Source of the DNA: Trichoplax adhaerens
Taxonomy: Eukaryota > Animalia > Placozoa
Assembly: GCF_000150275.1 (NCBI RefSeq)
Contig: NW_002060948.1
Coordinates: forward strand, 829,983 to 893,982
Direction: 5' to 3'
Length of the DNA stretch: 64,000 nucleotides
A program made the position numbers and the translations under genes. This document shows, piece after piece, positions 51,724-64,000 of the stretch. The notes under the pieces are model-generated. The model was not told where the DNA came from, did not search any database, and worked only from the letters and a program-made list of their open reading frames with translations. Every line of letters starts with the position of its first letter. Positions within the stretch are counted from its first letter, which is position 1.

Positions 51724-52939
51724 GCATCTATTAACTTATGTAATATTGGTTTCCGTCCTTGTGACTGTTCTATTCATTTTTAGTTGATGTCAAAATTATA
51801 GCTAAAAATGTCGGTTTTATTTGCCACTTTTGTGTCTGTGTAAAATACGATGGAGCACCATCAAGTTGATATTTTAATATGCAATTTCAATCATGCATAA
51901 AAAATATAATGTAAAACCGATATCACTTACGGACTGCTTCAATACGCACTGGATCTTATCCAACCGTTTCTCTATTGAAGCCATAGTCAATCCTTAATGA
52001 TTTAGTCCAATATGTACAATTCCAAATTATCCTGGTAATGCTACGGTATTGCAGATGAGTTGGCAATTTTTTTTGTTAATAGCATGAAGTAAATATTTTG
52101 TACTTGTATTATGTTCATATTTTGTAAGCCAAATTATTAATTACCTATCCTTTCAGCCTGTATGCAATCGCCAGCCCTGTACTTGTACTCAATTTTCGTT
52201 TACTGTAATGTAGTGCTTGCTTATTCTATTTCGATCAAAGGTGTACCAGGTAATGAATACACCATTAAAGATGCTACACTCTTGACCTTATTATACTTAT
52301 ATAGAAGAGGTAATAAAATAAATCAATCCAATTTTGTCCTTTCAAAACTTCAAATTAACCTCTTGTGTTACAGCTATATATACCCTTAGAATATGCTTTC
52401 AAAGTCATGCAATGTATAAAAACTCATAAATCATATGTGCATTAACTTTAATTGAGACAGTTTATTGTTAGTAATCTTACCGATTGCTATGATTGTTTAA
52501 TGCACTGAAAGAGTAGAACGGTAAAGGACTTGCAATCCCTTATTGGAATTGAACTACTCTTAAAATACTACATAATACAGTATTATAGGTATAATTGTTA
52601 GGATAGACTCGTCGATTTCATGTAGTGCATAGTAAGGTAAAAGTTAACAATTCGTATATGTGTATTAAACTTCGTATTCTTATTACTTGAGATACCGCCA
52701 GTAGATTCTAGGTTAGATTAATTTGGTGCTATTAAATACTACGTATTTTCCGCCTCAATCGTAAAGGTAGAAATATCCTCTTTATTCTGTAGTCAAAAAG
52801 CTTTTGTCATCTAGATAATCATATTTTAGTTATTAGAAATGATATAATTCTGATCATAAATTTGAAGTTCGAATGAAGTACTTAGCTAGCATGTACTTTA
52901 CGATACTCTTCCATCATGACCTGATGTTGACATATAAAC

Positions 52940-53004
52940 GATTACAGTCTGGACGCTGAGCAGTTTATAAAGTGATTACAGTCTGGACACTAAGCAGTTT
53001 ATAA
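52940..53004 (+). repeat. 34-bp tandem duplication
   Basis: gattacagtctggacgctgagcagtttataa followed by gattacagtctggacactaagcagtttataa. Confidence 0.85.
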
Positions 53005-54168
53005 TATTCTAGTCATATAAAAATGAAAACCATCTAATATCATCGTTAAAGAAATTTCTTACCAGGCAAGGAGTGCAAGTACGCTCATATATTACTGTAC
53101 TACCAGGCTTTACAAAAATTATTACAAGTATGATTTTATAGGTGATAATAGTAATTAACATATATTTCGATCATTTATTAGACTCTTACAAAGTAGATTT
53201 AATCTATAACGTCACATTAGGGTTTTTTTGATATCAAAGATTCTGTTAATTGATCGACGTAATATACAATTGAGTAAAAAATGTATAAGATTGGTCCAAA
53301 TATGTTTGCAGGTTGTAATAAGTAGCAATGACATAGTATTATTACAGGCTGATGATGGAACTGTACAAAGTGGACGCGAGTTACAGAAAACGTCTAGGAT
53401 TCAAAGTATATAAACGTTCAATTACAGAGTGTCAAGTATAAAATGACTTTCGCTCAACTAATTTTTAATCAATGATAAAGTTATTTGAATGCATTTCTTT
53501 AAGTATTAACTATACATCTAGTTTTTAAATCACGAGAAATTTTAAGTTTTTGTTTCTGTATACTCAGTTTATAATAACATTAAGTCAACCAAACCATCAG
53601 TAAGGGTAAACAAATTGAATATATCATACAAAAGGATAGTGAAAATATACAAATTTTGGCCGCACTATAAACGAAACAAAAAAAAACAACTTATATGAAT
53701 ACGAATTTAATTATGATAACCATATTAAGCTTTCGATCTTGGAAAAACTCGATAATAACTAATTCATTACTGAAATTCTAGTAAGTCGTTAACATAAATA
53801 TAGTATTCTGTAGACATTAGGCCTTAAAAATATACGCGAATTAACTGAAGGAATGCGTGACACTTAATAAAATTTTCTGAAAGGTATCGAATTCCTATCT
53901 TTGCCAATAAAAATTAGTGTTTTGTAATACTATATCGTGAACAATATAAAAATATTAGTCATCTGCAGAATATGTAGTTATAATAGGTACTTATGAAATA
54001 TAATATGTATTTAATTAATTAATTATTGATATAAATTGAGTTAATTATATCACTTTATAATACTCGTATAACCTACACGCACGTATAAAATGCTCACAAT
54101 CAAAAGAAATGTGATATCTAAAGAGATATTTTTCAATCCATAGAATAGGCAGGTATAATCAAAATTCT

Positions 54169-57100
54169 CTATGCTATTAGACCTATATCGCCACTGTCAC
54201 TTCCAACCAATACCGTCTTGGTGAGTGGAAGGGCAGCAATACTCTTCACCGAGCCTTTCATGAAATTTGAATGCAGCTTATGACATGTATAAGTTGCCTA
54301 CCATTCAATAACGATAACAACTTTATTACACATCAACAAGTTACAAGGAGAAGTACATTATTATAATAACGGATACTTTGTATTACATTTTCGTCCATTT
54401 CCGAGTGAACACCAAATTTATTTGCTTGTGATATTGATAATATTTGATCTTTATAGGTTGTAAATGTATGTACCGGTTCGGTTTGCCCTAAAAAATTATG
54501 ATTAGTGTAAGGGCATACACTAAATAGCTTTAAATTTTATTTTTTAATAAGTATCGCAATGTTTTCAATATTACTATCCAAGAAATGTTAATTTTCTATA
54601 AATACCTCGTAATGAGCAAACCAATTTACCATCTTCTCGCCATGCACAGATTTTATGATCTCCGGATGATGATAGAAACGTACTACTACCAAATGGCTTA
54701 AGCTAAAAATAGAAAATCCTCTTTATGTCAAGTTAATGTAATGTTTTAAAATTTAATACAATCTAATTATAGTATTAGAGGATTAGATTTACACTCAGAA
54801 TATCTCCACTATGAGCTTCCCATCTTGCTTCAATGAAACCAGTTCTGTTATCTAATACTGATATTTTACCAGAGGCAAATCCGACAGCCACAAAATTTCC
54901 ATTATTACCAGAACAGATACTTTTAATAGCATCTAGAATTATGTGAATGAGAAATTGTTTTCAGTTTCTGAGATAACTACAAAAAGTACCTGATAAACGT
55001 AGATTTAAATACTAAAATGAATTAATTGATTATAACCAGAATCCGAAACCGACGCTTTCCAGTCATATACTATATTTCCACTTCGGGTATCAATAAATCT
55101 AATGCAATATTATTTGAAAAATATTTAATAAAAGCTAGATACAATATATTAATTAATTAATAACTTATACTTCTTGATTAAACTGGCAATAGAACATCAT
55201 TTAAATATTTTGATTAGCGATCCGTAAATTTAAGCTTTATATGGTCAATCTACCTTAAATTGCCATCTATAGAGGCTATTATAAGAGTTGTCGACGGTGA
55301 CGGTAATTTTGTAAGTGAACAAGCTGGCTTTTCCGGCAATTTTATTTCACGTAAAGTTTTGCCTGTCTCACCATCCCACACCTATGAAATTTTAATACTT
55401 ATCTAGAAGAGTGCGCTAAAAAGTACAAATTTATAGTTTGTATTTAGGACTTACATGAACAGCACCTCCATCGCAGGATACTACTTTCTCGGTTAAATTT
55501 AAGTAATCAACAGAGATGATATATCTGCTATGGTGTGAATACGTTAGCTTGCTTTTACAGCGATAAGAACTGTCTTTGACATTTTCAATTGACCATAGTT
55601 TTACTGTTTTATCACGACTGCCGGACAAGAAATGCTTTTCATTATTGAAAGCGTACAAACTTCGGACTGGCCAAATATGATCTAGGCAACAAATAAGGCT
55701 TCAGTATAAAGATTCTTTACCGAAAAGACATTATACTATATTTTATCTAAATAACTATATTAAAATTTTAATTTTAAAAATTTCAATTACCCGAAAAAGT
55801 TTGTAGATGCATTTGGAGGAAAGAAAATTTGCCACGAGTTTGAGAACCTTTTAATAAGTTTTTACATTAGTAAAAAACTCAAATCATATTGTAGGAACAA
55901 AAAATTTCTGAAAAAGAACTTACTAATTTGATTTTCCCAGTACGATAACCACGTACTACTTAAGTGATGGCGCTCATCAATATGAATATCACTAAAATTT
56001 GCAAGTGCGGTATATTTCTAAGTTGATATTTCATTCGACACGATAGTAACGTTACTTGAAATAATCTAGCACTATCAAGAACCCACTATCGTAATTTTAT
56101 GATCATAAGTTTATGTTTATTACCTATTCTCTCCACCTGATGGATCAAAAGTATTCAGCCCATTCACGCTTTGTCTACTATAGTTATATTCGGTTTAGAT
56201 AGTGTAAGTGAGAATAGTTTCATGCATAGCACGTTACGTAATAAAAAATCTCTGTAAGTTAAGGTGAATATTACAGCAGGATTTAACTCATAATTGTCAG
56301 ATTACCTATTTGATTCTGTGGTACTCAAATCTGGATTGGGATCGTTTTTGTTTGCAAGTCGTTCATCATATGACAGTGCTAACTGCCATATTAAATCATG
56401 GTTACATAAATTTTCTCCAATAAAAATATCTCCGATAAGTTTACAAAATCCCACATAGGAATAATATGCCATAGATGCATTAAAAACGACCTTTCATCAA
56501 GATAAAGCATCAGTAATTTAAACGATATGTACGCGATACATGCAACTGAATGCTGAAAAATGATTCCTCCTTACTTGTAATTGTGGAAGCGATGGACAGT
56601 TATGGTCCGATGAATCAGAGAATCCATAGTTTTTACTATCTTCGTCGGCAATATAGTCGATTCCTTTATGTTCTGATATCTCTAATTTATTAGGAATGTA
56701 ATCTACAGATTCACCTGAAACATTCATTGTTATGATTTTAGAGCTTTGGTTTATCATTATTGATATTATCATAGCAATAGCTAGTTACCCACCATTTTCG
56801 AGACCTTTCTGCTCGTTGGAATGAACCCGATCAAAACAAGAAAAATAAAGCTGTATAGTATCTGCAAGTAAGTCACGAGCATTATCTCGGCCTATTCGTT
56901 CACCGATGTATCGTAACACATTGATCATATATTGGCATATACCAACTCGAGCAATACCACCACCAGGAAACATTAATGTACCAGAAGCAATAACTTTTAT
57001 TAACGGCTGAAATACTACCAAGGCTAAAGACTATATATAACATATTTATGAATAAATATCTACAATCGGATTAGGCGAGAATAAATAAGAATTTTTTCAT

Positions 57101-60100
57101 ACCTCAACATTCTGCAATAATTCCTTGTTCTTAGTGTACGGTAGGCAAGCTCTAAATAAGAGCATAGAACCAATTAATCCACCCTCGATCTTCGAACTTA
57201 ACCGCTTATCATTTGCATTATTAATCTGCAATTAAAGATATACGTTAATGCCACCTCGCCTATCTTACATTACCTTTCAATCATCTTTAAAGTAATGTAG
57301 TGGGATTAAATAAGCGGATTTTCTTGCGGAATATTATTAATACAGTTACAAGTAAATGTATAGTACATAGAATTATGCACTTATATATCTGCATACTTAC
57401 AGCAGACACAATAGCCGGAACATATTGCTGAAATAATACGGAAGGCCCGTACACTTTACAGATATGGGCTAGCAAATCTACCAGATATCCGTACTTAATG
57501 GTCTCATTAACATTACTTGATCGTATATACGTATCTGTAGTATCGCTCCATACGTAGCCTGATGGTAGCAGTCTCAGCGCTTGATTTGCAATATATCTGC
57601 CCGTAAGAATTGGGCCCATAAAAGGAATTATTTCTTTAAGTGTTTCGACAGCAGCTTGACATACTTTAGATTCAGTAATGTTTTTTGCGTTATTAGAAAG
57701 ACTACTAGATTTTCTGCTGTCTCCATCCGAAGCTCTACTATCTACGTGATACTTTTCATTTTGAGTGGATTTATGCTTATCTCTTTCGCTACCAGAGAAA
57801 CTATGTGACCTAAAGAGCATTCCATCGTCACTGTCAACAATTTTTGGATCCGAGGGAACTGTTAATGTATCAGAGATTCCTCGATTTGGTGGTTCTTCAG
57901 TGACTTGCAGTTCCAAAGAGGATCTGTCTGGTCCCTCTTCTTCGCTGTGTTTTCTTACAGTATCACTTGGTGGTCGATTTTTTTTGTTACTACCACTTAG
58001 GTATGATACGTAATCTATAGCTATTGAATTGCGTCGAAATTTAGTTTTCCGTGAAGCGCTAGATTTTCTAGAGGATGAACTACTTTGTAGAGGACTTTCA
58101 GTGTTCGATCTTTTCGGACCAGGTCGGCGAGGATGTCGATTGACACTTTTGACATTATGAGGTAGTGACTCAATTAAAAAAGGGAGAAAATTTTCGATGT
58201 ATGATTGTAATCCAAGATAGTTAATAAGATTCATAGTAAAATGAATGTTTAAAAGATGAACATGATCTTCCACAGGAATTTTAGATTCAAACAATTTTAG
58301 TATTGGTTTAACAAGAGATGCATTGCTAGTTTTCATACCCATGTGTTTGCCAAGAATATTAAATAAATGATATGCCGCCTTATATTTTAATTCGTTATCC
58401 TCAAATAGGATCATAATATGAGGCAGTAATAATTCCAACCCTATGGAATCTAACTGCGACATTAGTTGTGGAAGTTTCGTTTGACAAAGTTTTACTATTG
58501 CTTGTAACTTGCCTCTAATAGGGAATCGACTTGCCTCTAGCGGGAATCGACTTGCCACTAATGGGAATCGATCTGCCTCTAAAGCTGTAGCTAAAACACT
58601 GCCAGGTATTTCTTTTGATAATTTTCTTAAAATACTACCAATACTATCCTTTTCTCCTTTTTTTGAGCTGGTTGACAAACCCTCGTTGGCCTCATCTAAA
58701 ATAGGTCCACCAGTTTCGGTCTGAATTATATGCTCGGGAGTAGTATTTTGATTTGGTGTATTACCACCTCCAACGGGAACTTGTAAGGATACAGCAATGT
58801 TATTTTTACCACTCGCATGTACGCTATTTGTCTTACTATTAGAAGGCGTTGAAGAAAGGTTAGCAGGCTGATCATGCACAGGTTTATTAGTTTCATTGGC
58901 TTGATATTGATCAGTTGAATTAGATCTAGGTTTTCCTTGACTCGTATCTGGACGATTATTTATAGTCTGGAGTTCACAGATAAAGGCATAAAGATCTTTA
59001 AAGTAATCTGGAAATGAAAATTTTGATGTACAGGAACTTATCATCAATGCCGGTGTTACAATGGGCAATCCATCATCGCTAAATAATTTTAATGATGATT
59101 CACTCGAATTTTCAGTATCTTCGCCTAGCGTCATTAATTCGTGAATGACTTTACATAATGAACTACGGGGATAAAACGAAAGCAGACGAAAATAGATGTT
59201 ATGATACGCAATAAACTTAACACAAACCTGATCGTACATAACTATATACAGTACTAACCGAGGCAAATTAGTAATCGAATTACTGCTACTTTTACAGATT
59301 GCTTTGCAGATCTCTCTCCTTTCTTTTACGTCTAATGTTGGCGATAGCATGCGTAATTTGTCAGAAAAGAGCATCTCTCCCAACAAGAAACCTAGTGACT
59401 TCATATCTTCTGTTATGAGATGGTCCAATGACACGGCTCCAGACTATCAATAGTTTAACTTAATTATAATCTGACAGATGCTGACGTACAAATCATGACT
59501 TAACAGTAATAAGACGAATTCATATATCTATGAGAATTCGAGCGGCGTTGTTTTAGAATAACATTAAGGTAGTTTGATCAAACGGTAAATTATACTGTCA
59601 TACATATCTAATAATTTACCTTAGTTATATTCGAGGATTCCTCTTCTTTCTTTTTTCCTTTAGTATCTTTCTCTTTGTCCTTATCTTTATCTTTATCTTT
59701 ATCTTTTTCTTTTTCTTTTTCTTTGAGTTGCTTGGAATCTTGCGTTGTACTATTAGAATCCGTTACGTTATTCGTTCTTGACATTTCTTCATGGCCTAAC
59801 TTAAGGGACTGCGCTAAACATTTCTTCTTAAAGTGAGCCAAAGATTCATAGTTATCTAATATCTCTAATGGTTCAAATCCATCGGGTAAAAGGATCTGGC
59901 CAACCTTCAATTTATTCTGAACCTTAGAGTCACTATCATTACGTTGTTGCCTAAAAAGTGATAGGGGAGATCTTAGTTGACTCTTTAAACTCATACTTGG
60001 GCTAGATTCTTGATCTGCAGTATGAGCTAGTAAATGTTCTGGAGCGTTAGTGCTATCTATTGAAATTTCTAGGACGTCATCATTTGTTAAATCGATAGAG

Positions 60101-63100
60101 TCCTGCTTTGAAGAATAACGTCCAACTCCATCTTGTGATGATTCGTTAGCTTCAGATTGTGACGAAGCCTTAGATTGATTTTTATTACGCAGTAAAACAT
60201 TAGCAGCTGATGCGATACTATTGGGTGATTTCCATTTAGGATGTGGTTCAGTAAACAATTGAACAGTACCATAATTCATCGGTTTTTCATGATTATCAGC
60301 AAGATGCAAGTGCACATTTTTAGCTTTAACAGCAGCTTTACCACTTAATTTATATCCAAATATAAGGTCAATCCAATGATGAAGTCTTTTACTAACGTGT
60401 TCTCCGTCTAATAAATGTTTATGTCGACGCACGAAATCTTCCGGACTAGAAGCCCAAGGGTTTACTTGTAAATCAGGCATATCGGTATGAATCGATGTGA
60501 AGATTGAAGGATCAGTAAAGAATTCAGGTATGCATTCGTCAGGAGTCCATTCTTGTAATTTTTGTATCGTTGAGGGGTATTCTGCGGGTACCCATTCTGA
60601 ACGAACATACTGGCATAGAACAGCACGCCGCATTCGACGTGCTAAATAAACATGGTAAGTAATCTCTGACAAACCATCAGAGACATGATGACGTACGTGT
60701 ATTCCACTGTCATTTGAGTTATTCCTTCCCGAGGATTCGTATGTCGCATCCAATTGTCGATCTCCTTTATTCAAGCGAAATTTAGACTTTTTAAGGTCGC
60801 GCCAAGAGCTATCAGAACGGCTAAAATCGACTACCCAGGGAAGAATAGGATGATTATTGGGATCACCAAATCTACGACCGGCCAATCGATTCAATGCCAT
60901 TAAATAGTCAAAATTGCTAATCTTGTTGTTAGTCCAATTGGTCACCAATTGCGGTAGATCGCACATCATATCGGATAATTTGTTTAGAAGACGATGCTGA
61001 TATTTCAATGATGTAATTGATGGCTTCTTATTTCCAAGCTTCTCAGAAAAATTTAAAAGTGTTTGCTTCGCATTTTCTAAAGCGTGTTGATTATTAACAG
61101 CTAAATTCTTATTCGAGAGTGTCATACTTGTGACGAAAGCTGATCCTCTTCGCATAGTTAATTTATCTTTCGAAGGGATAGCATTTCCACCAATCGGAAG
61201 GCGTGCGCTAGGCGGAGGAGTTGGTCCCGAAACTTGCACTTTTGCTGGGGTAGGATTTCCAACCAGACGATTAGCAAGCGCATATAGATCATCTGCAGTT
61301 TCCATATTATCGTCCTTTTCACGTTTTTCATCAATACTGGTTGCATTAAGAGTATTTGCAGCCTTTTTGTCTTCTTTACTAGGGATAACCTCACATCGAA
61401 ATTGAAGACCCGATAATCGAACCCAATAATTTTCATCGATTAAAACATCTTCTAGTGAAAATTGACCGACACCAATGCCGCAACAATGATACGCATGAAG
61501 TGCATTTAATATTTGATAAACAATAAATAACGGCTTAGAAAGAGAAGACGTTAGCATAGCAGGACTATACATTACTACATCTCGTAATGTATATGAGGCA
61601 TATGGTTGTATAAAATAAAATGCTTTTTCTGTTTCTAAAGCACAGATAATAGGCAGTAGATTTGCATTTTGAGTATTATTTAGACTAGAATGGATTACAT
61701 GCTGTATTTGTTGTATATGTTCTTGTTGGTGAATATGTTGTTGAAAAGAATGCTTCAGTCTTTGAAATAGGTTGGTACGGACATCATCTCTTTCTTGCTG
61801 ATGTATTTTACTTTGATGCCAGCTTGACTCGCTATCTGATTCAGCTTCACTCTTATCGACCGTTATGTTGACAGTAGGAACAAGAGTCTGACTATCTCGT
61901 CTAGCTCCGTCGACAACTGGTGCTGCTGGAGTATCTCCAGAATTTCCTGTAGTTGCGCGAACAAGTTGTATACCATATAATCCAGATAAGATACTTTGTA
62001 TTAGCTCCTGAAAAACGATACAATAAAGGAATATTCTAAAGTTCTGTTACTTCGTATGAATACACTAACAAATGAGTTATTTTATTTCACGTTACATCAA
62101 GATAGCATATCTTCTATTTCAAATAATTATTAATGAAAGACCTCATCAATTGTTTATTATATGTTTTATTTTTGTAAGGGCAAATTTAAGCCTATATAAT
62201 TTTATAACCTTTAAAGGAATTTTGATATAAGTGCATGGTGATACAGCTTCAAACGAGATATTTTTGCAGAAGTCTTGAAAATAGAGACATGCCAGTAAAT
62301 GAGTGGCTTTGTTGATATAACTCATAACCTGTGCATAGTTTGCGTTTCCTGGTAGCGGCTCAAAGTTGTTTAATACCATTGCCGAAACAGGAAGATTGAC
62401 TTGACTGCAATAAAAAGATGTAATCATTACATAGTTATATAGTACTGTAGTTTAACTTTTAATAATATTAAGGAACAGTAATAGAACTACTACTTCAGGG
62501 TATGAGAAAACTGTTCAACAGATCAAGATAATTTGATTTTACTTGGTATTCAATACATGTCAACACCATAAAGAAACATATAAGAATAACGGTAAGTAAA
62601 GATAATATTACAATATTAGAAAGGCATAACATTTTACGTTGCTAGCTCTAAAGTAAAATTGATTTAGTGCAATTAAACTAATTCATACTATTTATATCAT
62701 AACATTAGTACAGCAATGTAACAACATACCAGGGGTCAGCGATGTTTTCCGGCTTTGCAACAACTTTAATACATATTTTTTTCCAATGTTTGGGCAACCT
62801 TGTTTGTGATGGCTGAAGCTGTAGTTTCCGTTCATACATTGTAGCATCACTATCATATTTCCGATCATGGATTATCCCTTTGCACACATTGTCTAGCCAT
62901 TCTTCGTGCACCTTATAAATTAAGGTGAAACACATATTCCGTTATGATTTGTAATATAGTTCTTTACATTTTTGTCAACTTTAGTACTTATATTGTAGCT
63001 TGTTAAAGACTGCTTGATAATAATATTATTACATGTGATCATAGCGTACAAACGTCACAAAATATATAAGGGTACATGTATGCAATACGATTAGCAGATC

Positions 63101-63317
63101 TTACTCCTTTTATAGCTAGTAACTAATTAATTAAAAATGAATTATTTTACAGTAAAGTAGTCTATCGTACGCAATAGGTAAGTATTCCTATTACCATGCA
63201 GGTAACTCTGGTACCACGTGTAGTAAAATCAAAACACGGGCGAATATCGGCGCTATAGATATTTAGGTCTTTCTCGATTAAAGTAACAGCATCTTCCGTA
63301 CTTAATGTCTGTCCCAT
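54169..63317 (-). CDS. WDR81: WD repeat-containing protein 81 (pseudokinase-like region, BEACH domain, C-terminal WD40)
   Basis: YSPAML...KPLFIVYQIL, ISNFDYLMALNRLAGRRFGDPNNHPILPWVVDF, RDLKKSKFRLNKGDRQLD, WTPDECIPEFFTDPSIF, LHHWIDLIFGYKLSG and the WD40 FLSGSRDKTVKLWS. ATG at 63317 (MGQTLS) and TAG at 54169. Confidence 0.93.
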
Positions 63318-64000
63318 TCTTGACAATTTCGAAAATCTCTCTTGAGGCTTTTAGTTCCAAAACAATTGCGACACTCTCAAGAAGATTGGATCGATTACTG
63401 GCATATTACTTTGCAATGACAAGGGAAAACATCCTTTAAGGCTTTTCCTCTGTCTTTTTCGATATATTAAAGAACTGATTGTAAGACTACCGTAGAAGAG
63501 AAAGATACAACAGTTGATGAGTACATCGATACAATGGTTTCAACACTATTATGCTACATTGATATCATATCAAAATCGTAATAGTATTGTTGTAAGCCAA
63601 ATAATACAATAGAGCGTTTAGTTAGTAGATATCAGTTGGTGAAAAGAGTATTTGAAAGGTAGACGACACTACGATAGGACATTTAAGGTTTTAGATTTTG
63701 TATTTCGTTATCTTCAATAGCTACCACCTATGTATATTATATGTACATTTACCATTGTCACAAATATATAAAGTGGGCTCCTGCTATGCTTGACAATAGT
63801 ATATTGCTATTGGCGTTCAATTGAAAGTTAACAGAAGTAAATATCAATTAACATGATGGCATTTCTTATTTTTTTCATATTCGGTAGAATGTGGTACATA
63901 TCAATTCGTACAGTATCTATCATTTAAGGTAAAAAATGACGTAATTGCCTTGTTTCTTTAGTGATTAACTTCATGCAACAATTTAGTTGACTGCAAATTA

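Noticed and set aside
54368-54380. GTATCC as a U12 donor in the last WDR81 intron; likewise GTATCCT near 39575 in a SCAI intron
   Set aside because: The WDR81 site is in the wrong phase (the GTAATA donor 10 nt upstream fits), and the SCAI site is mid-intron, not at an exon end.

Overview
AT-rich, intron-dense, gene-dense eukaryotic DNA. The short introns and compact animal-type housekeeping genes suggest an early-branching animal such as the placozoan Trichoplax; this is inference, not proven. Nine spliced or intronless protein genes can be reconstructed: CHAC-family gamma-glutamylcyclotransferase, PSMA6, xanthine dehydrogenase-like molybdo-flavoenzyme, SLC35B2, PPP2R3C, SCAI, CREBZF-like bZIP, FKBP2 and SNRPD2, plus WDR81 as a tenth. 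A probable first exon of a further gene runs off the left edge. Most ORFs in the supplied track are spurious or exon fragments. Main observations: (1) dense (TACAG/CTGTA)n pentamer islands sit upstream of nearly every housekeeping gene start, including all three divergent pairs. (2) The SNRPD2 intron is a five-unit ~220-245 bp tandem array whose unit end is a degenerate copy of SNRPD2's own first coding exon and splice donor. (3) XDH has one clear and one probable U12 (minor spliceosome) intron and an Asp at the Glu802-equivalent active-site position. (4) Several MITE-like elements are present, one splitting the FKBP2/SNRPD2 bidirectional promoter. (5) uORF-rich leaders occur. No rRNA, tRNA or CRISPR array was seen.
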